From Eledone cirrhosa (lineage: Eukaryota), in NCBI GenBank assembly GCA_964016885.1, contig OZ024741.1, positions 260,648,001 through 260,712,000 of the forward strand: DNA of 64,000 bases, written 5' to 3'. This document shows, one piece after another, positions 1 to 11,200 of the stretch. A program made the translations under genes and the position numbers. The notes below the pieces were generated by a model, which saw only the letters and a list, made by a program, of their open reading frames with translations, was not told the DNA's origin and searched no databases. Position 1 is the first letter of the stretch, and each line of letters opens with the position of its first letter.

Positions 1-866
1 CTTACGAGTGTTTCCGGCTTACGAGTGTTTCGACTTACGAGTGTTTCGACTTACGAGTGTTTTGACTTACGGTGTTTCGACTTACGAGTGATTCGACTTA
101 CGAGTGTTTTGACTTACGGGTGTTTTGACTTACGGGTGTTGTGAATTACGAGTGTTCCGATTTACGAGTGTTTTGACTTACGGTGTTTCGGCTAACGAGT
201 GATTCGACTTACGAATGTTTTGACTTACGGGTGTTTCGGCTTACGAGTGTTTCGACTTACGAGTGTTTCGGCTTGCGAGTGTTTCGAGTTACTAATGTTT
301 TTACTTACGAGTTTTTCGGCGTACGAGTGTTTCGACTTACGAGTGTTTCGACTTACGGGTGTTTTGACTTACGAGTGTTCTGACTTACGAGTGTTCTGAT
401 TTACGGATGTTTCGACATACGAGTGTTTCGACTTACGAGTGTTTTGACTTACGGGTGTTTTGACATACGAGTGTTTCGATGCGAGTGTTTCGACTTACGA
501 GTGTTCTGACTTACGAGTGTTCTGAATTACGAGTGTTCTGAATTACGAGTGTTCTGATTTACGAGTGTTCCGACTTACGAGTCTTTCGGCTTACGAGTGT
601 TTCGGCTTACGAGTGTTTCGACTTAAGAGTGTTTCGACTTACGAGTGTTCCGACTTACGGGTGTTTCGACTTACGAGTGGTTTGGCTTACGGTGTTTCGG
701 CTTACGAGTGTTTCGAGTTACGAGTGTTTTGACTTACGCGTATTTTGACATACGAGTGTTTCGATACGTGTGTTCTGATTTACGAGTGTTCTGACTTACG
801 AGTGTTCCGACTTTACGAGTGTTTCGGCTCACGAGTGTTTCGGCTTACGAGTGTTTCGACTTACGA

Positions 867-943
867 AAATAACAAATAGACGCGGTTTCAAATCTCTATG
901 ATTTTCAAATTCATTACATTAATCATTATTTATACGTTTCGCT
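867..943. repeat. 77-bp AT-rich non-monomer interruption, copy 1
   Basis: AAATAACAAATAGACGCGGTTTCAAATCTCTATGATTTTCAAATTCATTACATTAATCATTATTTATACGTTTCGCT (20/77 GC), flanked by TTACGA at 861-866 and 944-949. This copy has A at 925 where the other four have T. The last 8 bp (GTTTCGCT) could instead be a degenerate monomer. Confidence 0.95.
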
Positions 944-3900
944 TTACGAGTGTTTCGACTTACGAGTGTTTCGACATACGAGTGTTTCGACTTCCGAATG
1001 TTTTTGCTTACGGGTGTTTCGACTTACGAATGTTTCGGCTTACGAGTGTTTCGGCTTACGAGTGTTCCGACTTAGGAGTGTTTCGGCTTACGAGTGTTTC
1101 CGACTTACGAGTGTTTCGACTTACGAGTGTTTCGACTTTCGAGTGTTTTGACTTACGGTGTTTCGGCTTACGAGTGATTCGACTTACGAGTGTTTTGACT
1201 TACGGGTGTTTTGACTTACGGGTGTTGTGAATTACCAGTGTTCCGATTTACGAGTATTTTGGCTTACGGTGTTTCGGCTTGCGAGTGTTTCGACTTACGA
1301 GTGTTTCGGCTTATGAGTGTTTCGACTTACTAATGTTTTTACTTACGAGTGTTTCGGCGTTCGAGTGTTTTGCCTTACGAGTGTTTCGACTTAAGAGTGT
1401 TTTGACTTACGAATGTTTTGACTTACGGGTGTTTCGGCTTATGAGTGTTTCGACTTACGAGTGTTTCGACTTATGAGTGTTTCGACTTACGAGTGTTCTG
1501 ACTTACGAGTGTTCTGACTTACGAATGTTCCGACTTACGAGTGTTTCGGTTTACGAGTGTTTCGACATACGAGTGTTTTGATTTACGGGTGTTTCGACTT
1601 ACGGGTGTTTCGAATTACGAGTGTTTCGGCTTACGAGTGACTCGACTTACTAATGTTTTTACTTAAGAGTGTTTCGGTGTACGAATGTTTTGACTTAAGG
1701 ATGTTTCGACTTACGAGTGTTTCGACTTACGAGTGTTTCGGCTTACGTGAGTTTCGACTTAAGAGTGTTCTGATTTACGAGTGTTCTGACTTGCGGGTGT
1801 TCTGATTTACGAGTGTTCCGACTTACGAGTGTTTCGGCTTATGAGTGTTTCGACTTACGAGTGTTTCGGCTTACGAGTGTTTCGACTTATGGGTGTTTCG
1901 ACTTACGAGTGTTTTTACTTACGGTGTTTCGGCTTACGAGTGTTTCGACATACGAGTGTTTTGACTTACGGGTGTTTCGACTTACGAGTGTTTTGACTTA
2001 CGAATGTTTTGACTTACGGGTGTTTCGGCTTACGAGTGTTTCGACTTACGAGTGTTTCGGCTTACGAGTGTTTCGACTTACTAATGTTTTTACTTACGAG
2101 TGTTTCGGCGTACGAGAGTTTTGACTTACGAGTGTTTCGACTTACGAGTGTTTTGACTTACGAATGTATTGACTTACGGGTGTTTCGGCTTATGAGTGTT
2201 TCGACTTACGAGTCTTTCGGCTTACGAGTGTTTCGACTTACTAATGTTTTTACTTACGAGTGTTTCGGCGTACGAGTGTTTCGACTTACGAGTGTTTCGA
2301 CTTACGGGTGTTTTGACTTAAGGGTGTTTCGGCTTACGAGTGTTTCGACTTACGAGTGTTTTGACTTAAGGGTGTTTCGACTTACGAGTATTTTTGGCTT
2401 ACGAGTGTTTCGACTTACGAGTGTTTTGACTTACGAGTGTTCTGATTTACGGATGTTTCGACATACGAGTGTTTCGACTTACGAGTGTTTCGACTTATGA
2501 GTGTTTCGACTTACGAGTGTTTCGGCTTACGAGTGTTTCGACTTAGGAGTGTTTTGACTTACGGTGTTTCGGCTTACGAGTGTTTCGACTTACGAGTGTT
2601 TTGACTTACGGGTGTTTTGACATACGAGTGTTTCGATACGAGTGTTCTGACTTACGAGTGTTCTGACTTACGAGTGTTTTGACTTACGAGTGTTATGACT
2701 TACGAGTGTTCCGACTTACGAGTGTTCCGACTTACGAGTGTTTCGGCTTACGAGTGTTTCCGGCTTACGAGTGTTTCCACTTCCGAGTGTTTTGACTTAC
2801 GGTTTATCGGCTTACGAGTGATTCGACTTACGAGTGTTTTGACTTACGGGTGATTTGACTTACGGGTGTTGTGAATTACGAGTGTTCCGATTTACGAGTG
2901 TTTTGACTTACGGTGTTTCGGCTTACGAGTGATTCGAGTTACGAATGTTTTGACTTACGGGTGTTTCGGCTTGCGAGTGTTTCGACTTACGAGTGTTTCG
3001 GCTTATGGGTGTTTCGACTTACTAATGTTTTTAATTACGAGTGTTTCGGCGTACGAGTGTTTTGACTTACGAGTGTTTCGACTTACGAGTGTTTCGACTT
3101 ACGAGTGTTTCGGCTTACGTGAGTTTCGACTTAAGTGTGTTATGATTTACGAGTGTTCTGACTTGCGGGTGTTCTGATTTACGAGTGTTCCGACTTACGA
3201 GTGTTTCGGCTTATGAGTGTTTCGACTTACGAGTGTTTCGGCTTACGAGTGTTTCGACTTATGGGTGTTTCGACTTACGAGTGTTTTTACTTACGGTGTT
3301 TCGGCTTACGAGTGTTTCGACATACGAGTGTTTTGACTTACGGGTGTTTCGACTTACGAGTGTTTTGACTTACGAATGTTTTGACTTACGGGTGTTTCGG
3401 CTTACGAGTGTTTCGACTTACGAGTGTTTCGGATTACGAGTGTTTCGACTTACTAATGTTCTTACTTACGAGTGTTTCGGCGTACGAGAGTTTTGACTTA
3501 CGAGTGTTTCGAATTACGAGTGTTTCGACTTACGAGTGTTTTGACATACGAATGTTTTGACTTACGGGTGTTTCGGCTTACGAGTGTTTCGACTTACGAG
3601 TCTTTCGGCTTACGAGTGTTTCGACTTACTAATGTTTTTACTTACGAGTGTTTCGGCGTACGAGTGTTTCGACTTACGAGTGTTTCGACTAACGGGTGTT
3701 TTGACTTACGGGTGTTTCGGCTTACGGGTGTTTTGACTTACGAGTGTTTTGACTTAAGGGTGTTTCGACTTACGAGTATTTTTGGCTTACGAGTGTTTCG
3801 ACTTACGAGTGTTTTGACTTACGAGTGTTCTGATTTACGGATGTTTCGACTTACGAGTGTTTCGACTTATGAGTGTTTCGACTTACGACTGTTTCGACTT

Positions 3901-6390
3901 ATGGGTGTTTCGACTTACGAGTGTTTTGACTTACGAGTGTTCCGACTTACGAGTGTTTCGGCTTACGGGTGTTTCGACGTACGAGTATTTTTGGCTTACG
4001 AGTGTTTCGACTTACGAGTGTTTTGAATTACGATTGTTTCGGCTTACGAGTGTTTCGACTTACGAGTGTTCTGACTTACGAGTGTTCTGACTTACGAGTG
4101 TTCTGACTTACGGGTGTTCTGACTTACGTGTGTTCCGACTTACGAGTGTTTCGGATATGGGTGTTTCGACTTACGAGTGTTTCGACTTACGAATGTTTTG
4201 GCTTACGAGTGTTTCGGCTTACGAATTTTTCGACTTACGAATGTTTTGGCTTACGAGTGTTTCGGCTTACGGGTGTTTCGACTTACGAGTGTTTCGACTT
4301 ACGAGTGTTTTGACTTACGGTGTTTCGGCTTACAATTTATTCGACATACGAGTGTTTCGACTTACGGGTGTTTCGACTTACGGGTGTTTCGACTTACGAG
4401 TGTTTCGAGTTATGAGTGTTTCGACTTACGAGTGTTCTGACTTACGAGTGTTCTGACTTACGAGTGTTCCGACTTACGAGTGTTTCGGTTTACGAGTGAT
4501 TCGACATACGAGTGTTTTGACTTACGGGTGATTCGACTTACGGGTGTTTCGACTTACGAGTGTTTCGGCTTACGAGTGTTTCGACTTACTAATGTTTTTA
4601 CTTACGAGTGTTTCGGTGTACGAGTGTTTCGACTTAAGGATGTTTCGACTTACGAGTGTTTCGACTTACGTGTGTTTCGGCTTACGTGAGTTTCGACTTA
4701 AGAGTGTTCTGATTTACGAGTGTTCTGACTTGCGGGTGTTCTGATTTACGAGTGTTCCGACTTACGAGTGTTTCGGCTTATGAGTGTTTCGACTTACGAG
4801 TGTTTCGGCTTACGAGTGTTTCGACTTATGGGTGTTTTGATTTACGAGTGTTTTTACTTACGTTGTTTCGGCTTACGAGTCTTTCGACATACGAGTGTTC
4901 AGACTTACGAGTGTTCCGACTTACGAGCGTTCCGACTTACGAGTGTTTCGACTTACGAGTGTTAAGACTTACGGGTGTTTTGACATACGAGTGTTTCGAT
5001 ACGAGTGTTCTGACTTACGAGTGTTCTGACTTACGAGTGTTTTGACTTACGAGTGTTCTGACTTACGAGTGTTCCGACTTACGAGTGTTCCGACTTACGA
5101 GTGTTTCGGCTTACGAGTGTTTCCGGCTTACGAGTGTTTCGACTTACGAGTGTTTTGACTTACGGTGTTTCGGCTTACGAGTCATTCAACTTACGAGTGT
5201 TTTGACTTACGGGTGTTTTGACTTACGGGTGTGGTGAATTACGAGTGTTCCGATTTACGAGTGTTTTGACTTACGGTGTTTCGGCTTACGAGTGATTCGA
5301 CTTACGAATGTTTTGACTTACGGGTGTTTCGGCTTGCGAGTGTTTCGACTTACGAGTGTTTCGGCTTATGAGTGTTTCGACTTACTAATGTTTTTACTTA
5401 CGAGTGTTCTGACTTACGAGGGTTCCGACTTAAGAGTGTTCCGACTTACGAGTGTTTCGGCTTACGAGTGTTTCCGGCTTACGAGTGTTTCGACTTACGA
5501 GTGTTTCGACTTACGAGTGTTTTGACTTACGGTGTTTCGACTTACGAGTGATTCGACTTACGAGTGTTTTGACTTACGGGTGTTTTGACTTACGGGTGTT
5601 GTGAATTACGAGTGTTCCGATTTACGAGTGTTTTGACTTACGGTGTTTCGGCTAACGAGTGATTCGACTTACGAATGTTTTCACTTACGGGTGTTTCGGC
5701 TTACGAGTGTTTCGACTTACGAGTGTTTCGGCTTGCGAGTGTTTCGAGTTACTAATGTTTTTACTTACGAGTTTTTCGGCGTACGAGTGTTTCGACTTAC
5801 GAGTGTTTCGACTTACGGGTGTTTTGACTTAAGGGTGTTTCGACTTACAAGTGTTTCGACTTACGAGTGTTTCGACTTACGAGTGTTCTGACTTACGAGT
5901 GTTCTGATTTACGGATGTTTCGACATACGAGTGTTTCGACTTACGAGTGTTTCGACTTACGAGTGTTTTGACTTACGGGTGTTTTGACATACGAGTGTTT
6001 CGATACGAGTGTTTCGACTTACGAGTGTTCTGACTTACGAGTGTTCTGACTTACGAGTGTTCTGAATTACGAGTGTTCTGATTTACGAGTGTTCCGACTT
6101 ACGAGTCTTTCGGCTTACGAGTGTTTCGGCTTACGACTGTTTCGAATTACGAGTGTTTCGACTTACGAGTGTTCCGACTTACGGTTGTTTCGACTTACGA
6201 GTGGTTTGGCTTACGGTGTTTCGGCTTACGAGTGTTTCGAGTTACGAGTGTTTTGACTTACGCGTGTTTTGACATACGAGTGTTTCGATACGAGTGTTCT
6301 GATTTACGAGTGTTCTGACTTACGAGTGTTCCGACTTTACGAGTGTTTCGGCTCACGAGTGTTTCGGCTTACGAGTGTTTCGAATTACGA

Positions 6391-6467
6391 AAATAACAAA
6401 TAGACGCGGTTTCAAATCTCTATGATTTTCAAATTCATTACATTAATCTTTATTTATACGTTTCGCT
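6391..6467. repeat. 77-bp AT-rich interruption, copy 2
   Basis: Same sequence and same flanking variant monomers (GACTTTACG, GGCTCACG on the left; GACTTCCGAATGTTTTTGC on the right). Offset 5524 from copy 1. Confidence 0.95.
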
Positions 6468-8299
6468 TTACGAGTGTTTCGACTTACGAGTGTTTCGACA
6501 TACGAGTGTTTCGACTTCCGAATGTTTTTGCTTACGTGTGTTTCGACTTACGAATGTTTCGGCTTACGAGTGTTTCGGCTTACGAGTGTTCCGACTTAGG
6601 AGTGTTTCGGCTTACGAGTGTTTCCGACTTACGAGTGTTTTGACTTACGGGTGTTTTGACTTACGGGTGTTGTGAATTACCAGTGTTCCGATTTACGAGT
6701 ATTTTGGCTTAGGTGTTTCGGCTTGGGAGTGTTTCGACTTACGAGTGTTTCGGCTTATGAGTGTTTCGACTTACTAATGTTTTTACTTACGAGTGTTTCG
6801 GCGTTCGAGTGTTTTGCCTTACGAGTGTTTCGACTTAAGAGTGTTTTGACTTACGAATGTTTTGACTTACGGGTGTTTCGGCTTATGAGTGTTTCGACTT
6901 ACGAGTGTTTCGACTTATGAGTGTTTCGACTTACGAGTGTTCTGACTTACGAGTGTTCTGACTTACGAATGTTCCGACTTACGAGTGTTTCGGTTTACGA
7001 GTGTTTCGACACACGAGTGTTTTGACTTACGGGTGTTTCGACTTACGGGTGTTTCGAATTACGAGTGTTTCGGCTTACGAGTGTTTCGACTTACTAATGT
7101 TTTTACTTACGAGTGTTTCGGTGTACTAATGTTTTGACTTAAGGATGTTTCGACTTACGAGTGTTTCGACTTAAGAGTGTTTCGGCTTACGTGAGTTTCG
7201 ACTTAAGAGTGTTCTGATTTACGAGTGTTCTGACTTGCGGGTGTTCTGATTTACGAGTGTTCCGACTTACGAGTGTTTCGGCTTATGAGTGTTTCGACTT
7301 ACGAGTGTTTCGGCTTACGAGTGTTTCGACTTATGGGTGTTTCGACTTACGAGTGTTTTTACTTACGGTGTTTCGGCTTACGAGTGTTTCGACATACGAG
7401 TGTTTCGGCTTACGAGTGTTTCGACTTACTAATGTTTTTACTTACGAGTGTTTCGGCGTACGAGAGTTTTGACTTACGAGTGTTTCGACTTACGAGTGTT
7501 TTGACTTACGAATGTTTTGACTTACGGGTGTTTCGGCTTATGAGTGTTTCGACTTACGAGTCTTTCGGCTTACGAGTGTTTCGACTTACTAATGTTTTTA
7601 CTTACGAGTGTTTCGGCGTACGAGTGTTTCGACTTACGAGTGTTTCGACTTACGGGTGTTTTGACTTAAGGGTGTTTCGGCTTACGAGTGTTTCGACTTA
7701 CGAGTGTTTTGACTTAAGGGTGTTTCGACTTACGAGTATTTTTGGCTTACGAGTGTTTCGACTTACGAGTGTTTTGACTTACGAGTGTTCTGATTTACGG
7801 ATGTTTCGACATACGAGTGTTTCGACTTACGAGTGTTTCGACTTATGAGTGTTTCGACTTACGAGTGTTTCGGCTTACGAGTGTTTCGACTTACGAGTGT
7901 TTTGACTTACGGTGTTTCGGCTTACGAGTGTTTCGACTTACGAGTGTTTTGACTTACGGGTGTTTTGACATACGAGTGTTTCGATACGAGTGTTCTGACT
8001 TACGAGTGTTCTGACTTACGAGTGTTTTGACTTACGAGTGTTCTGACTTACGAGTGTTCCGACTTACGAGTGTTCCGACTTACGAGTGTTTCGGCTTACG
8101 AGTGTTTCCGGCTTACGAGTGTTTCGACTTCCGAGTGTTTTGACTTACGGTTTTTCGGCTTACGAGTGATTCGACTTACGAGTGTTTTGACTTACGGGTG
8201 ATTTGACTTACGGGTGTTGTGAATTACGAGTGTTCCGATTTACGAGTGTTTTGACTTACGGTGTTTCGGCTTACGAGTGATTCGAGTTACGAATGTTTT

Positions 8300-11200
8300 G
8301 ACTTACGGGTGTTTCGGCTTGCGAGTGTTTCGACTTACGAGTGTTTCGGCTTATGGGTGTTTCGACTTACTAATGTTTTTACTTACGAGTGTTTCGGCGT
8401 ACGAGTGTTTTGACTTACGAGTGTTTCGACTTACGAGTGTTTCGACTTACGAGTGTTTCGGCTTACGTGAGTTTCGACTTAAGTGTGTTCTGATTTACGA
8501 GTGTTCTGACTTGCGGGTGTTCTGATTTACGAGTGTTCCGACTTACGAGTGTTTCGGCTTATGAGTGTTTCGACTTACGAGTGTTTCGGCTTACGAGTGT
8601 TTCGACTTATGGGTGTTTCGACTTACGAGTGTTTTTACTTACGGTGTTTCGGCTTACGAGTGTTTCGACATACGAGTGTTTTGACTTACGGGTGTTTCGA
8701 CTTACGAGTGTTTTGACTTACGAATGTTTTGACTTACGGGTGTTTCGGCTTACGAGTGTTTCGACTTACGAGTGTTTCGGATTACGAGTGTTTCGACTTA
8801 CTAATGTTCTTACTTACGAGTGTTTCGGCGTACGAGAGTTTTGACTTACGAGTGTTTCGAATTACGAGTGTTTCGACTTACGAGTGTTTTGACCTACGAA
8901 TGTTTTGACTTACGGGTGTATCGGCTTACGAGTGTTTCGACTTACGAGTCTTTCGGCTTACGAGTGTTTCGACTTACTAATGTTTTTACTTACGAGTGTT
9001 TCGGCGTACGAGTGTTTCGACTTACGAGTGTTTCGACTAACGGGTGTTTTGACTTACGGGTGTTTCGGCTTACGGGTGTTTTGACTTACGAGTGTTTTGA
9101 CTTAAGGGTGTTTCGACTTACGAGTATTTTTGGCTTACGAGTGTTTCGACTTACGAGTGTTTTGACTTACGAGTGTTCTGATTTACGGATGTTTCGACAT
9201 ACGAGTGTTTCGACTTACGAGTGTTTCGACTTATGAGTGTTTCGACTTACGACTGTTTCGACTTACGAGTGTTTCGGCTTATGAGTGTTTCGACTTACGA
9301 GTGTTTCGACTTACGAGTGTTTTGACTTACGGGTGTTTTGACATACGAGTGTTTCGATACGAGTGTTCTGACTTACGAGTGTTCTGACTTACGAGTGTTT
9401 TGACTCACGAGTGTTCTGACTTACGAGTGTTCCGACTTACGAGTGTTCCGACTTACGAGTGTTTCGGCTTACGAGTGTTTCCGGCTTACGAGTGTTTCGA
9501 CTTACGAGTGTTTTGACTTACGGTGTTTCGGCTTCCGAGTGATTCGACTTACGAGTGTTTTGACTTACGGGTGTTTTGACTTACGGGTGTTGTGAATTAC
9601 GAGTGTTCCGATTTACGAGTGTTTTGACTTACGGTGTTTCGGCTTACGAGTGATTCGACTTACGAATGTTTTGACTTACGGGTGTTTCGGCTTGCGAGTG
9701 TTTCGACTTACGAATGTTTCGGCTTACGAGTGTTTCGACTTACTAATTTTTTTACTTACGAGTGTTTCGGCGTACGAGAGTTTTGACTTACGAGTGCTTC
9801 GACTTACGAGTGTTTTGACTTACGAATGTTTTGACTTACGGGTGTTTCGGCTTATGAGTGTTTCGACTTACGAGTCTTTCGGCTTACGAGTGTTTCGACT
9901 TACTAATGTTTTTACTTACGAGTGTTTCGGCGTACGAGTGTTTCGACTTACGAGTGTTTCGACTTACGGGTGTTTTGACTTACGGGTGTTTCGGCTTACG
10001 AGTGTTTCGACTTACGATTGTTTGGCTTACGAATGTTTCGACTTACGAGTGTTTCGACTTACGAGAGTTTTGACTTACGGTGTTTCGGCTTACGAGTGTT
10101 TCGACTTACGAGTGTTTTGACTTACGGGTGTTTTGACATACGAGTGTTTCGATACGAGTGTTCTGACTTACGAGTGTTCTGACTTACGAGTGTTCTGACT
10201 TACGGGTGTTCTGACTTACGAGTGTTTCGACTTACGAGTGTTTCGGCTTATGAGGGTTTCGACTTACGAGTGCTTCGGCTTACGAGTGTTTCGACTTACG
10301 AGTGTTTCGGCTTATGAGTGTTTCGACTTACGAATGTTTTGGCTTACGAGTGTTTCGGCTTACGAGTGTTTCGACTTACGAGTGTTTCGACTTACGAGTG
10401 TTTTGACTTACGGTGTTTCGGCTTACGAGTGTTTCGACATACGAGTGTTTTGACGTACGGGTGTTTCGACTTACGGGTGTTTCGACTTAAGAGTGTTTCG
10501 ACTTACGAGCGCTTCGACTTACGAGTGGTTCGGCTTACGAGTGTTTCGGCGTATGAGTGTTTTGACTTACGAGTGTTTCGACTTACGAGTGTTTCGACTT
10601 ACGAGTGTTTCGACTTACGAGTGTTTCGACTTACGAGTGTTTTGACTTACGAGTGTTTTGACTAACGGTGTTTCTGCTTACGAGTGTTTCGACTTACGAG
10701 TGTTATGACTTACGGGTGTTTTGACATACGAGTGTTTCGATACGAGTGTTTCGACTTACGAGTGTTACGAGTGTTCTGACTTACGAGTGTTTCGACTTAC
10801 GAGTGTTCTGACCTACGAGTGTTCTGACTTACGAGTGTTTCGACTTACGAGTGTTTTGACTTACGGGGGTTTCGACTTACGAGTGTTTCGAGTTACGAGT
10901 GTTTCGAGTTACGAGTGTTTCGACTTACGAGTGTTTTTACTTACGAATGTTCTGACTTACGGGTGTTTCGGCTTACGAGTGTTTCGACTTACGAGTGTTT
11001 TAACTTACGGGTGTTTCTACTTACGCGTGTTTCGACTTGCAAGTGTTTCGACTTACGAGTGTTTCGACTTGCAAGTGTTTCGACTTACGAGTGTTTCGAC
11101 TACGAATGATCCGACTTACGAGTGTTTCGACTTACGAGTGTTTCGACTTACGAGTGTTCTGACTTACGGGTGTTCCGACTTACGAGTGTTTCGGCTTACG

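Larger units (their letters stand above)
1..9265 (+). repeat. Higher-order duplication, about 5.4-kb period (1-~3900 matches 5461-~9265)
   Basis: Lines 1 and 5461 start identically. Matching ORF-track strings occur at offsets 5460, 5524, 5444 and 5348, and both copies carry the 77-bp segment. Confidence 0.85.

Noticed and set aside
867-943. Island as an active MITE or Helitron
   Set aside because: It has no clean TIRs and no TC...CTRR termini, and all copies share the same flanks, so they did not transpose independently.
898-1230. ORF MIFKFITLIIIY... with a signal-peptide-like N terminus starting in the island (five copies)
   Set aside because: Only about 15 codons are unique, their hydrophobicity follows from AT-richness, the rest is satellite, and the length differs between copies (73 versus 110 aa).
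1676-1702. Variants resembling Candida-type telomere cores (GGTGTACG, AAGGATGT, TACGGATGT)
   Set aside because: These are 2-3-substitution derivatives of the monomer, not the consensus. Heritable variant order and multi-kb duplications over 64 kb do not fit telomerase synthesis, though a subtelomeric location cannot be excluded.
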